DNA of 64,000 bases, from positions 1 to 64,000 of the forward strand of contig JBHGNT010000029.1 of assembly GCA_043228905.1 (NCBI GenBank), read 5' to 3'. Positions 11,423-23,891 of the stretch are shown piece after piece. The position numbers and the translations under genes are program-made. This DNA comes from Azolla caroliniana. Taxonomy: Eukaryota > Plantae > Polypodiophyta. Position 1 is the first letter of the stretch, and each line of letters opens with the position of its first letter. The notes below the pieces were generated by a model, which ran no database searches, had not been told where the DNA came from, and saw nothing but the letters and a program-made list of their open reading frames with translations.

Positions 11423-14400
11423 TGTTAAGTGAACAAGCTCAACTGGATCAGGATCGGTGTTCAAATAGCATCCAGAACCTAGAGTTGGATTAGGGATTGG
11501 AGAGTCGTATCGGATTGTAACCAATAGGCCATTGGAGGCCTACGAATCTATCCTAGTACATAGGCATATTTTTGGGAGTCAGTGGCAGTCGCTCGTATGA
11601 GGATTGAAGTACTTGTTAGTACTTCTGTCTTGATCCTTTTAAGGATTTATATAAATGTGCTCACTAAGAATATAGTATTATTATTATCTAATTGAGTTCT
11701 ATTCTACTCTAACTCTGTCTCTCCCATGTAAGGTTTCCATTAAACCTGTGACTGTATTCTGTTGACATCCGGATGAGCCGGTTTTGTCTTAGCTTCCGCA
11801 ATCGTGTTCTTTTACATGCGATTAGAGTGCGAAGGTTGAGAACCTCTATAGTCGACAAGCGTTTCTAAAGACAAACCCTAACACTTGGTAAAGAACAAAC
11901 AGAAGAAGGATATGGATCGAGGAATGGCTAGCTCACTCCCGACGGAGAAGCTCGACAGATCTAACTATGCATCTTGGTTGTACAAGATGCACCAGTACAT
12001 GCTTGGGCATGGGTTACTGGAGTTATGTCGTAGAGCCAACAATACGACACCTCATGCGGCACACAGGGCCTTCCTGGACTTGGGAACAAGATACAAGCAT
12101 AGTTATGTACTGCTTTGCATCCAGTGTTGGTGATCAACTGTTGAGCCATATCTAGGATGCCAAGATGCTGAAGGAAGTTTGGGGAAACCTGAAGAAGGTC
12201 TTCACCGCAACCACCATGGCCCGGAAGCTGCAACTCCGATAGGAGTTGAGCAATGTCCAACACGAGGACATGTCGGTGGCTGACTATACGACCCGGATCA
12301 AAGACATCTGCGACTCACTTGCCTCTATCAAGGTAACCATCAAGGAAGATGAGATGGTGCAGGTTTGTCTCAAGGGCTTGGCGTCAAAGTTCGGAGCATT
12401 CCGGACCACGGTCTGTACAAGGGAGAATACACCCTCGTTTTTTTACTTACAATCGATGCTCCTAGTAGAGGAGAACCACGCAGGTGCGTCAACGAGCACA
12501 CACAGTAACAACAAGATGTTGTACATGGAGGAGGATCAATATGCGTTGGAAGCGGCCAACAAGAGAAAAATCGGAGGCACAAGGACGGTGCTGACAATAG
12601 TTCCGAACCCTCCAAAAGTAGGGGTAGTCAGGGTGGTTCCGGGAGTCGGCGAGAGAAGACCGTGATGGACTGTTGGTACTGTGGCCGGAAGGGCCACAAA
12701 GAGAGCAAGTGCTGGAAGAAGCGCGCTGATTCGGACCAATCTGGATCAGTCAAGGTCGGTCGAGGAATTCGGCAAAGCTCACAGTATGCTGAGAAATCTG
12801 AAAACTCCACTTTCGGAATTGCAACAAACCCAGCTTTTGTAATGAAACACAAGGCTAACTCGATAAAGAAGACCACTTCTAGTTCGAAGGAAGTGTGGTA
12901 TGTTGACTCCGGAGAATCAAACCATATGACGAGCCACGAAGAATGGTTCTCATTCGTGGAAAAACCGGAGCAACCAGGAGTTGTCGAAACCGGAGGTGAC
13001 ACTCACTCCTCATACCATCGACCACATCGGTGAGGTTCCTCTTAGCCATGTCAGGTAGAAGGGAGAGCTGATGAACATCCTGCACGTCTCGATAATCACA
13101 AAGAATCTCGCGTCTGTTGGACAAATTGTCGATCAAGGGATGCAGATTCGGTTCACACACCTTGGGTGCTTCATCGAAGAAGAGGGCAAAGTCATCGCGC
13201 AAGGGCACCAAGACAGGATGATGTTTATCCTTGAAACGAATGATGTGGGGCACCGCTATCTTTGCTAAAGGACAGAAGGTCGAGTCGGACATAGACTTGT
13301 GGCACAAGCGGATCGGCCACATCAATTTCCGGAAGCTTCAAGAGATTTAGGCGAAACATGTGATTTCCAAACTGCCGAAGTTCAATGGCCAGAAAGGTCA
13401 AATATGTGAAGCTTGCCAACTCGGGAAGTAGTAGAGGCTTGCCTTCTCCAATGAGAAGAATCAGATCTGGAATCGGCTTGATCTCATCCATTCAGATATC
13501 ATGTGCGGACTGGCACAAAAGTGACCATCGATGGGAGTTGGTATTTCGTCTCCTTCACGAGCTATCTACAGACGAAGGGAATACAATGGGAATTCTCTTT
13601 TAGATACACGCCAGAGTAGAATGGCGTGGCCAAGTGTCGGAACAGGATGCTGTTAGAAGCGGCAAGGGCGATGCTTGAGGAGAAAAGCATGCCCAAATTT
13701 TATTGGCCAAAGCCATTCGTACAACCGTCTACATCCAGAATTGGATATCGGCCTCAGGGACAAAGATGTCACCACACAAGCTATACTACGAGAGAAAGCC
13801 AAATTTAACACACCTTTGGGTGTTCGGTAACATTGAATATGTGCATGTACCGAAAGAAAAATGGAGGAAGTTAGACGCGAAAGCTGAAAGTGCATTCTCG
13901 TCGGTTACTCAAATGAACAGAAGGGTTATAAGTGTTATAACCCCTGATCGAAAGCGGTCCGAGTTAGCCGAGATCTCGCTTTTGATGAATCAGCATCCTG
14001 GTACTTCTCTCCACTCGAACCCGAGCCGATTGTTGTTGATGATTCGGTGGAATCCGGAACAAAGAGAAGCATCGCGGAATTTGAACGGTCGGATAGTCCG
14101 ATTTCTCTCCAGATGAGTGGTCTGAATCCGAACTGGTTGAGCCAAAGTGGTCAACCAAATGATGAGCGACGAGTAGCGAAGACTAGGCCGTGCTATCTCT
14201 GCGCAAGGAACTGAGGAGATGGTTCACGCACAAAGAGAAGGGGAATAAGAATATGTCCGTCAACAGGTACAAGGCCCGATTAGTAGGCAAAGGCTACATG
14301 CAGCAGCATGGCATCAACTACGTTGAGACGTTCGCGCCGGTGACGAAGATGACGACCGTCTATGTCCTGCTTGCAGTGGTAGCGGCGAAGGGGTGGCATC

Positions 14401-16408
14401 TACATCAAGTGGATGTGAAAAACGCGTTCCTGCAAGGTGATCTTGAGGAACATGAAGGATCTTGGGAACCTTCATTACTCCCTCAGGATCAAAGTGATCT
14501 GCACCTGGGAAGGCCTACTGATCAATCAACGCCATTATGTGTTGAGTATGCTCTTCAAATTCAGTATGACGGAATGAAAATTAGTCTTGACTCCTGTGGA
14601 CCGAAATGTGAAACTTTGCCCCGACTCCGGAATGGCATGCTACCCGAAAAGGTTTCGAGAGATACTTGGAAGCCTTATCTATCTGACCATCACCCGATCG
14701 GACCTTAGTTATCCGGTCGGATTGATTGGTCAATTCATGGCACATTTGACTGTGGAGTAGCTTCAATGTGCACACCGAATACTCAAGTATGTTAGCGGCA
14801 TTAAGGACATGGGGTTGTTGTATCGGATCAGTGTAATCAGACAGCTTGTCAGCTACACGGATGCCAATTGGGCTGGAAATGTCAGCGACCGCAGGTCTAT
14901 ATCTGGATATGTGTTTTCACTTGGAAGCATCATGGTTGCCTTGAGCAATAAGAAGCAGCCGTAAGTAGCACTGTTGAGCACCAAGGCTGAGTACCGAGGA
15001 GCGGTTGTTGCGACATGCGAAGCCATATTTCTCAAGAGGCTCCTGAAAGATCTGTGAGTGGAGGTGTCTGATCCGACGATGATCTATTGCTACAACCTCA
15101 ACAACATCCAGTTGGCAAAGAACCCCGTCTTTCACACCCAGACTAAGCACATCGAGGTGCACTATCATTTTGTCTGAGAGCATGTTTTCTCCGATGAAGT
15201 GGAACTGCTGCATGTTCCGACGGATCTACAAGTGGCCAATACCTTCACCAAACCCCTCAGCTTAGACAAGTTGCCCAACTTGAGGGGAAGGAATAAGAAA
15301 GACGACTGAAAAACTGAGTCAGAAACCGATTTCAACTTCGGCCTGACCGAGGAAGTCGGAGTGCATGGGTCGGCCGAGAAAGCTAAGACCAAATGCAACG
15401 GGTGTCGTGACGGGAACGGAGAGCCTAAGCCATATACAACCCAAGGAGGGGGACACAAGAAGGAAAAACAAGTCGAGTCGACTACAGAAGTCGGCACATC
15501 CGATAAAGTCAGAACAAGCGGCGATGGCAGGAGAGTCAAGAAAGACAGAGCCGACTGGAACAAGAAAGCCAAGAACCGGGCGTGGTTTGATGAGGTGAAG
15601 GGCCTGAAGGTTGAAGACGAATTGGAGACAGTCAATTCGGACAAGGGTTGGAATGAATCGGAGGTAGCCGATTCGGAAGAGGAGTTTGGTTCGGAAGAGA
15701 TGGATCAATTGGAGGCCAAATGGACAAGAAGGCAGCGGAAGTCGCCACTGACATGGAGGAACCGGCAGGTCGAGAAGCGTCGAAGTCACAACAACAAAGG
15801 AGCTGAGAAGGGCCGTATGAGCAGTCAGGCCGAACAAGAAGGTCGAGGTGCCCTAGACCGGACGGGTCATGGGACATGGAACTAGATGGGTCGAGGAGCG
15901 CGAGAAAGGCAGGAAGACACCAAGAGGAGCCAAAGAGAAAGATCGGCAGACACTAACACCGAGACAATGATCCGACCTCAAGTTGAGCTTAAGGGGGAGT
16001 GTTGAGCGAACAAGATCAACCGGATCCGGATCGGGGATCAGAGAGCTGAATCGGATTGTAACCAGTAGGCCGTTGGAGGCCTACAAATCTAGCCTAGTAT
16101 GTAGGCATATTTTTGGGAGTTGGTGTCAGTCATTCGTATGAGCATTAAAGTGCTTGTCAGTACATCTATCAGCCCTTTTAAGGACTTATATAAAACTGCT
16201 CACTGAGCACATTGTATATAAGCACTTCTATAAAAGTTCTCATTGAGCACATTGTATATACACAAAGTATTATTATTTTTTAATTGAGTTCTATTCTGCT
16301 CTAACTTTGTCTCTCCCGTGTAAGGTTTCCATTAAACCTGTGATTGTATTCTTTTGACATCCGGTCGAGCCAGGTTTGTCTTAGCTTCTGCAATCATATT
16401 CTTTTACA
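11423..16408 (+). mobile_element. Copia element A4, both LTRs present but heavily degenerate with internal deletions
   Basis: 5' LTR 11423-11816 and 3' LTR 16000-16408; flanks TGCCA/TGCTA (TSD with 1 mismatch); decayed PBS TGCGATTAGAGTGCGA. Gag MDRGMASSLPTEKLDR, CWYCGRKGHKESKC, WYVDSG, RYKARLVGKG, QVDVKNAFLQGDL, YTDANWAG. Confidence 0.93.
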
Positions 16409-17899
16409 TGCTAGAACAAGCGACTCAACATCATGAGTCATTCGTAGTTGCCGCCCAACAGTCGGTACATGGCACCGACGAAGACTTCACCATCTGAGGG
16501 CGCAGCACACCTAGGCCTGAGGTTGTGGCTACCAAGCGCAATCACCTAACGACAAAGCGTCATTGAGATATATAAAGGACGAGACCCAGCATGTCCGAGA
16601 GGAGACAAAGAAACGACTTCACGATGACACAAGGGCCAAAGAGGACTCGACCGTCAAACTCAGCCACTCCAAGAAGTGTCGTTGATTGCAACAACACAGT
16701 GAGTCGAAAGAACGGCTTAGCCTCACTGGCGATGACCTGCAACTAATAGTCGCACCGACAAGTCAATGGCCATCATTCCGGATACGACCCTATTTCTGAT
16801 AGGGAAAATGTAGGAGGGCCAGGCATCTCGTATCTCGAAGGATACGGTGATGACCTTCCCCGATATCCCAATGGAGACCTTCGATCTCGGGGCCATATTA
16901 TGCCACGACACTTCTTTCGAGCTCATCGATTGCCTCGCTCGAGTAGGGGCCACGACACACATGGCGGAGGAACACGCCAACAAGGTCATCATCTAGAGAG
17001 CTATGGCTGACGAGATTGAAGCAGAAGAAGATTGGGAGATTGGGAGGTAAGGGATATCCTTCGGCGGAGGACGTAATGCCGAAGAAGTCTAAGCACCCAG
17101 AGATGTTAACTACGTTGGAGGAATGGCAAGACGCTCCGGGATCATAGGCGGGCCCAAAGCAACATCGGGGAACAAAGGGCGTGGAGAAGGACAGATGGGC
17201 CTAAACCATAGAAGTAGAACCGTGGACGGAATTGGCCAAAGCCGCAAGAAAACTCGCACCCACGGCACGATCGGAACTGACGAAAGAACAAACGGTTGGT
17301 GAAACAGGAACCCTAACGAACAAACAGGACAAACGGCTAGCGAAGGTATCGATGGACAAAGAGTAAACTAAAGAAGGCAACACAATTGCTCGTCCGAATG
17401 GAAAGAAGGATAAGGCCACCGAAATAGCACCAATTCAATAGAAGAAAGTGGCCATTGTGGTGGTGTCCACCGAGGAGACGATTGCACGAATCTTAGTGAA
17501 CCAGTTGACCCAGGAGTTAATTCTGAAAGGCCAAGCTTCTCAGATTTCGGTGGAAGCCATCCTCACATACCCGGACATACCTGACACGGCACATGAGTTC
17601 ACCACAATTCTACAGTTTGGTAGTAGCCATCAAATGGTGGAGTGGCTTGGCTACCCGAACAAATTAGTGGCATCTCGCATGGCGGCCAAACTCCAAGAAC
17701 AAGAGATGATCTGACACACTATTATGCCCAAGATGAAGTCAAACAAGCCAGGTAAGATAGTAGTCGACTAAGTGTGAATGCCAACACTCAATCTAGTGTT
17801 AGCCGAAATACACAAAGAGTTCTCCACAGTGACACAGGTGGCCAAGGACATGGCGGAATGAGTTGCTCTTACAACTCGGAGGAACAACTCCAAATTTTT

Positions 17900-18218
17900 A
17901 TATATTAAATCAAATTGATATAAAAAATATGTGCTTAGAGAGCACGTTTATACAAGTCCTTAAAAGGACTGACACAAGTACCATCAATACTTGAATGCTC
18001 ATAAAGGAGCTCCTACACTAACTACCAAATATATTCCTTCATTGAAATATCTTTCTAACGGCCTTCCGGCTCCCGTTGATCTGGCCTCGCCGATCGGCTT
18101 TCGTCCGATCTGGCTCTCAGCTTCTTTAGCCGATCTAGGCCTAACCGATCGGTCCGATCCAATCAGGTTCTCAGCTTCTTCAACCGATCCGGCCCAAGTT
18201 GAGTTTGCTCGCTCAACA
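17900..18218 (-). repeat. Truncated Copia family-A LTR
   Basis: The minus strand starts TGTTGAGCGAGCAAACTCAAC at 18218 and is similar to 3257-3645; the left boundary is approximate. Confidence 0.82.
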
Positions 18219-19474
18219 ATTTCATCCGTGAGCGAGTACTCTCTCATAATGTCGAACTTGTCTATATTCGGACTGATCGGCAGGTTGCTAATATCTTCAC
18301 CAAACCTCCTGGCTTGGACAAGTTGCAACATTTTTCGACTATTCTTGGCTTACAGCATCCCGACATGCTGAACTTGAGGGGGAGGAGTGAAGCCGAAGAG
18401 GAGAGAGATGATGAATAAGATGAATAATTATATTTTCGATCGTTTGAACAAGCCGACGATGTGTGGACAGATGGAAAAAGATCGGCTAAGAGGAGACTAG
18501 CCATATGCAGGGGGAGTGCCCGCAAGAGAGAGCCAAAGCTAGAGCCAATCGAACCAAGGGGAGGAAGGGCCGAGAGAGGCGGTAGAGTCGAGGACAGAGC
18601 TGACCAAAGGAAGGCGAGGACCAAGACATGGGCAGATGTGGTCATGGGCTTGAAGGACGAATCGGAGATAGCCAATTCGTACAAGAGCTGAAACGAATTG
18701 GAACCAGTCGATTTGATTGACAAAGGCGATTCGAACGAGCCGAATCACACAAAGGTCAAGCAGGCAAGGGGGCATCTGATGTTGACGTCGACACGAAAGA
18801 GCCGAGCATCAATACCACGACAATGAGGGAGATGACAAGGGCCAAGGCAGTAGACAAGTTGACCGTAGAGGTCGAGGTGCGCAGAACCAGACGAGTCAAG
18901 AGGTGCCCGACCGAAGGGGTTGTGGGATGCACAACTGGACTAGACGAGGAGCGCGATTGAGGTGTTGGGATGTTAGGAGAGGCTAGAATGACAAACTAGC
19001 TAGAGCTGACATGGCGGGACCTCAGGTTGAGCTTGAGGGGGAGTGTTGAGAGATATGCTTAACATGGGTCGAATCGGTTGAAGAAGTCGAGAGCCGAATC
19101 AGCTGGAGAAGGAGTGAGCCGAATCGAATAGAGTTCGATTTGGGTAGGCCGAGTCGTATGGATTCTAAGAGGCCGATAGGGGCCTACATTCCTCTTATAG
19201 TAATATTAATACTATACGTTGTTAGTGTCATGCTCATTTATGAGAATTCAAGTATTGACGTTACTTGTCTCAACCCACTCGTTAGGGCTTGTATATAAAG
19301 TGCACTCTGAGCACTGTTATAAGTACTAAGTCTTTTTGTAATTGAAATATTGTTGTCTGCTCTACTCAGTTTCTCTCTCTCTCCCTCTCTCATTCTCTGT
19401 GTTTACCTAACTGTTGTATCTCCGAATAACTGACAGTCTTCCACACACACTTCCGCACACGTACTCTTTTTAAA
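18219..19474 (+). mobile_element. Copia element A5, 3' part (RNase H end, extension, PPT, LTR ~19044-19474)
   Basis: FIRERVL…QVANIFTKP…DMLNLRG; PPT GAGCTTGAGGGGGAG at ~19029-19043, then TGTTGAG. Confidence 0.88.
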
Positions 19475-21528
19475 GAATGCCGAAAGACAAAGTGTGAGTT
19501 GGCTTCCACAAGCTGACAACTCACTAATTACGCCACCAACTCTGATTGTGAAGACCATGGCGGAATGTTCATGATGAGACATAGAGCAAACTTTATGTCG
19601 ACTTCTGCTTCGACTAGTGCCTTAAGTTCGGAGGACTTATGGTTTTTCGATTCCGGTGCTTCGAATCATATGACATCTCATAAAGAATGGTTCCGAGACT
19701 TACGAGGGTCGGATCGACCCGTCTATGTCGAGACCGGAGATGACACTACTCATCCGATTCGGCACATCGCCAATGTCCCATTTGGGAAAGAGGGCAACCA
19801 AACATACATTAAGAATGTATTGTATGTACTGACCATCACAAAGAATTTGGTCTTAGTCGGCCAAATTGTAGAGCAAGGCATGCAAGTCCACTTCAACCAA
19901 GTTGGTTGCTTCATTGAGAAGGAAGGCTAACTCATCACTCACGATCGAAGGGAAGTCCGAATGTTCATTCTTAATTCGCATCAGATGAAATCGGCCATGT
20001 TTGCAAAGGGTACCAAAGCTAACACCAACATAGAGCTATGGCATAAGAGAATCGTCCATATCAACCTCCAAAAGCTCAAGGGGGTTCAATTAAAAGGAGT
20101 CGACATCGGGTTGCCGACCTTCAGAGAGAGAGATTGAAGGCATATCTGAAACCGGCCGATTCGGCAAGCAACACCAACACCCATTCCCAAAAGAGAGGAA
20201 CGTGAGCAAAGGCATACTAGATGTAATTCATTCTGACGTATGGGGACCGGCTCCAACGGCTACATTCAGAGAATGCCGATATTACGTGACCTTTATCAAC
20301 AACATCTCCATGCACACTTGGATCTACCTCATGCGGCAAAAGAGCGAAGTGTTCAGACACTTCCAAAAATTTAAGAATGAAGTCGAGAAAGCCGCTAGTC
20401 GGCATGTCCGATGTCTCTGGTCAGATGGAGACAATGAATATTTGTCCGATGCTTTCATGACATACCTTCAACAAGAAGGAATCCAAGGAGAATTTTCATG
20501 TCGACATATGCCGCAACAGAACAGAGTGGCAAAACGCAAAAATCAGCACATCCTCAAAGTAGCACGGGCCATGCTAAACGAGAAGCACATGCCAAAGTCA
20601 TATTGGGCCGAAACAACAAATATGACATGTCGTCTACTGCATGGACCAATGCACAACATCTGGAGTGCACAATGTTACCCAGCATGAAAAGTGCTATGGA
20701 AAGAAGTCGGATCTATCCCATGTTAGGATATTGAGCTCAATTGCATACGTGCACATCCCCGACGAAAAGGGGCAAAAGCTAGATCCCAAGTCGGAGAAGT
20801 GTATCCTTGTAGGGTACTCACTAGAGCAAAAGGGGTACAAGTGCTTTAACCCCTCTACTTGGAAGGATTGTGTAAGTTGGGATGTTGTCTTTAACGAATC
20901 GACATCATGGTACGAACCTAAGCTGACTCCTCCTGAACCATTTCCAATCGATCTGAACTTGGAAAACCAATAGATAGAAGACGAAGATCAATTGACACAT
21001 ATGTTCGAAGAAAGTCCAATCACAAATAGGCTCAGTGGGCCACAAGAACCTCCGAGCCACCAAGGCACATCTTGGCCATGTACGAAGATGGACAAAGTCA
21101 AGACCAAAATGCCAGAATATGAAGACGATCAATTCGATGACAACGAATCGGCTCACTAACTCGACAGTGGGTTCGGTGGCTTCAATGTACCCATCATGAG
21201 GACACTTGGTGTAAAGAAAGTCATTGACACAACAAATGAGAAACTTCGTCGCTCCACCCAAGAGAAGAATCTGATTAGCCGATTCTGCTACAACAACTAT
21301 ATGGCATATCATTATGCCTTTATGATGAAGGTGGCAACATTTCGAGAACCAGAAAACTTTTCCGAAGCAGCCAAGGATCCACCATGGGTCGAAGGAATGA
21401 ATGAGGAGATGCAAGCACTATGAAAGAATGAGACATGGGATCTCGTTCCCCACTCACCACACAAAAAGGTGATTGGTTGCAGGTGGACTTACAAAGTGAA
21501 GTATAAGGCCAACGGCTTTGTCAACCAC

Positions 21529-22286
21529 TGTCGTGAAGGATTTGCTTCACGATATAAAAATAAACTTGAATATTTTATTAAGTAACATTTGAGAGACCTG
21601 AACCCGTAACCTCACACACCAAGGACAAAGCATATACCATTAGGATAAGTTATTTTCTATAGTTATTTTTCTATCACCATACCTATGACATGTGTATCTT
21701 CATACATTAGAGCTTAGATGAGCATGATGGCTATCATGCATCACATGTAAAGCATGTGCGCCAAATGGCGATCGCGCATCACAGCATATGCATGAGAGAA
21801 CCTATAAAGAGAGGCAAGGAATTAAGGGATGAATCAAAGGGAAAACAGGGTAATCAATCATTGAAGAGAAAGTTAGAGAAATAAGATAATCAAAGAAACA
21901 AATAATAAGTTAGCTTGATGGTGAAGAGGCTTGTGTTTCCAAGTTGGAGTTGAAGGTTCGAATCAAGAGTCGGTAGAGAAAGGGTTCATTTTACTATCAA
22001 GCATTGTAAAGTTGGTAAAATCTTGTATTCGTAATATATATCATGTTCATATCATATACTTTTTTTTTTCTTAAATCATACTTTGTCTCTATCTTGCTTC
22101 TTGAATCATACATTGTCTCTATCCTTTATCTATACTCATCTCTCTCTCCCACACATTACTTTAAACTCGTATTCTTCTTATCCTTAATCTTCCTAGCATT
22201 TGTGCGAAAGCCTTATAAAAGTTCCTTCAACTCCCTTTAACCTTAGTGCCTACGACTTCGCCGCACGAACCATAACTACCCTGACA
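21529..22286 (+). mobile_element. Solo LTR (758 bp), probably Gypsy-type, inserted in the RT of Copia B
   Basis: TGTC…GACA termini. Host RT (…GFVN | Y.ARLVAKGY) resumes on both sides. CCTATAAA at 21801. The TSD is degenerate (CCAC/TCGC). Confidence 0.8.
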
Positions 22287-22961
22287 TCGCTACGCTCGAC
22301 TCGTAGCGAAAGGATACGCACACACATGGAATCGACTATGAAGAGACCTTTGCCTCGGTGGTAAAGATGACGATTGTGCATACCGTGATTGCACTTGCAA
22401 CGGAAAAAGGGTGGCACCTCCACCAAATGCATGTCAAGAACACCCACCTTCTTTCAAGGTGAATTAGAAGAGGAGGTGTACATGTTACAACCATCTGACT
22501 TCGATTCGAGCACCCATCCAAAAGTAGTTTGTCAATTAAAGAAGCCACTCTACGGCCTTAAGCAAGCACCGCGTGCTTGGCTGTCGACGATAACATGGTA
22601 TCTTCATCGAATCGGCTTCAGAATGTTTAAATCCGACAACTCTCTCTATGTTAGAAGCGATTTTGGAAGTCTGATTGTCATCATCCTATACGTGGATGAT
22701 CTGGTCATTGGAGGTGAAAATCTAGTCGACATCAACAAGGTCAAGTCCCCCCTCTTCAGCAAATTCGAGATGACAGACATGAAAGAGCTTCATTACTTCC
22801 TAGGTAATGAAGTAATTCGAACTCCAGCCAGCATTATGATCTCGCAATGGCACTACATCCTCAACTTGTTATACAAGTTTAGGATGATTGAGTGCAAATA
22901 TGTGACAACCCCTCTCGATCGAAACCTCAAACTCGATGCCAGCTCCGACACAGAAGAGTGC

Positions 22962-23176
22962 TGTCATGATATGGCAAGACTTGAACCCATGACCTTAGGT
23001 TATATGGGTCGAGCTCTTGACCATTAGATCATCTATTGTAATATGTCTCTCTCGATCTCTCTCTCTCTCTCCGTCTCGCTCACTTCTTCCTTCTCGCGAA
23101 GAAGTTCTACACCTCTCATAGTACTAATCCTTCGTTTAGTACTAATTCCTTCTCTATCTCAATACTGTTCCTGACA
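22962..23176 (+). repeat. Chromovirus 5' LTR with a ~220-bp internal deletion
   Basis: Matches the first ~80 and last ~130 bp of LTR 27147-27580. Confidence 0.9.
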
Positions 23177-23178
23177 GT

Positions 23179-23891
23179 TTGAACCAATTTGGTTCAACAT
23201 AATGCCTAGTGCCCTCTTTTATAGTGTTTTCAGGAGTAATCCTAAAGCTTCTAGAATGTTCCAGAGAAATCTAGAATATACACTAATTTCCTATAATAAA
23301 ATGTAAATGAAAATAATATCCTACCAATAGATGATCTAATGGTCAAGAGCTCGACCCATATATATAACCTAAGGTCATGGGTTCGAGTCTTGCCATATCA
23401 TGACACTACTGTCAGGAACAGTATTGAGACAGAGAATGAATTAGTACTAAACGAAGGATTAGTACTATGAGAGGTGTAGAACTTCTTTGAGAGAAGGAAG
23501 AAGTGAGCGAGATCGAGAGAGAGAGAGTGATGATAAGAAAGATATGTATTATATGAAGAGAATATACAATGGTGGCTAAAAGGCTTAAGACTGGCGTTGA
23601 ACCAATTTGGTTCAATATAATGCCTAGTGCCCTCTTTTATAGTGTTTTCAGGAGTAATCCTGAAGCTTCTAGAATGTTCCAGAGAAATCTGGAATATACA
23701 CTAATTTCCTATAATAAAATGTAAATGAAAATAATATCTTACGTATTACAATAGATGATCTAATGGTCAAGAGCTCGACCCATATAACCTAAGGTCATGG
23801 GTTCGAGTATTGCCATATCATGATACTATCCCCCTTTTAAAACGACAAGTGTCACGAGTCGTCTTGGATTGAGGACCCGGTTTGTGTGGAT
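23179..23891 (-). repeat. Inverted block: ~65 bp of pol end + PPT, full LTR (23825-23410), 4-bp spacer, partial LTR (23405-23179)
   Basis: Reverse complement of ~27080-27580, followed by a second LTR start; read directly. Confidence 0.92.

Noticed and set aside
23756-23815. Functional tRNA gene
   Set aside because: No proper acceptor or anticodon stems, and it lies inside an LTR. Reported only as a tRNA-like module.
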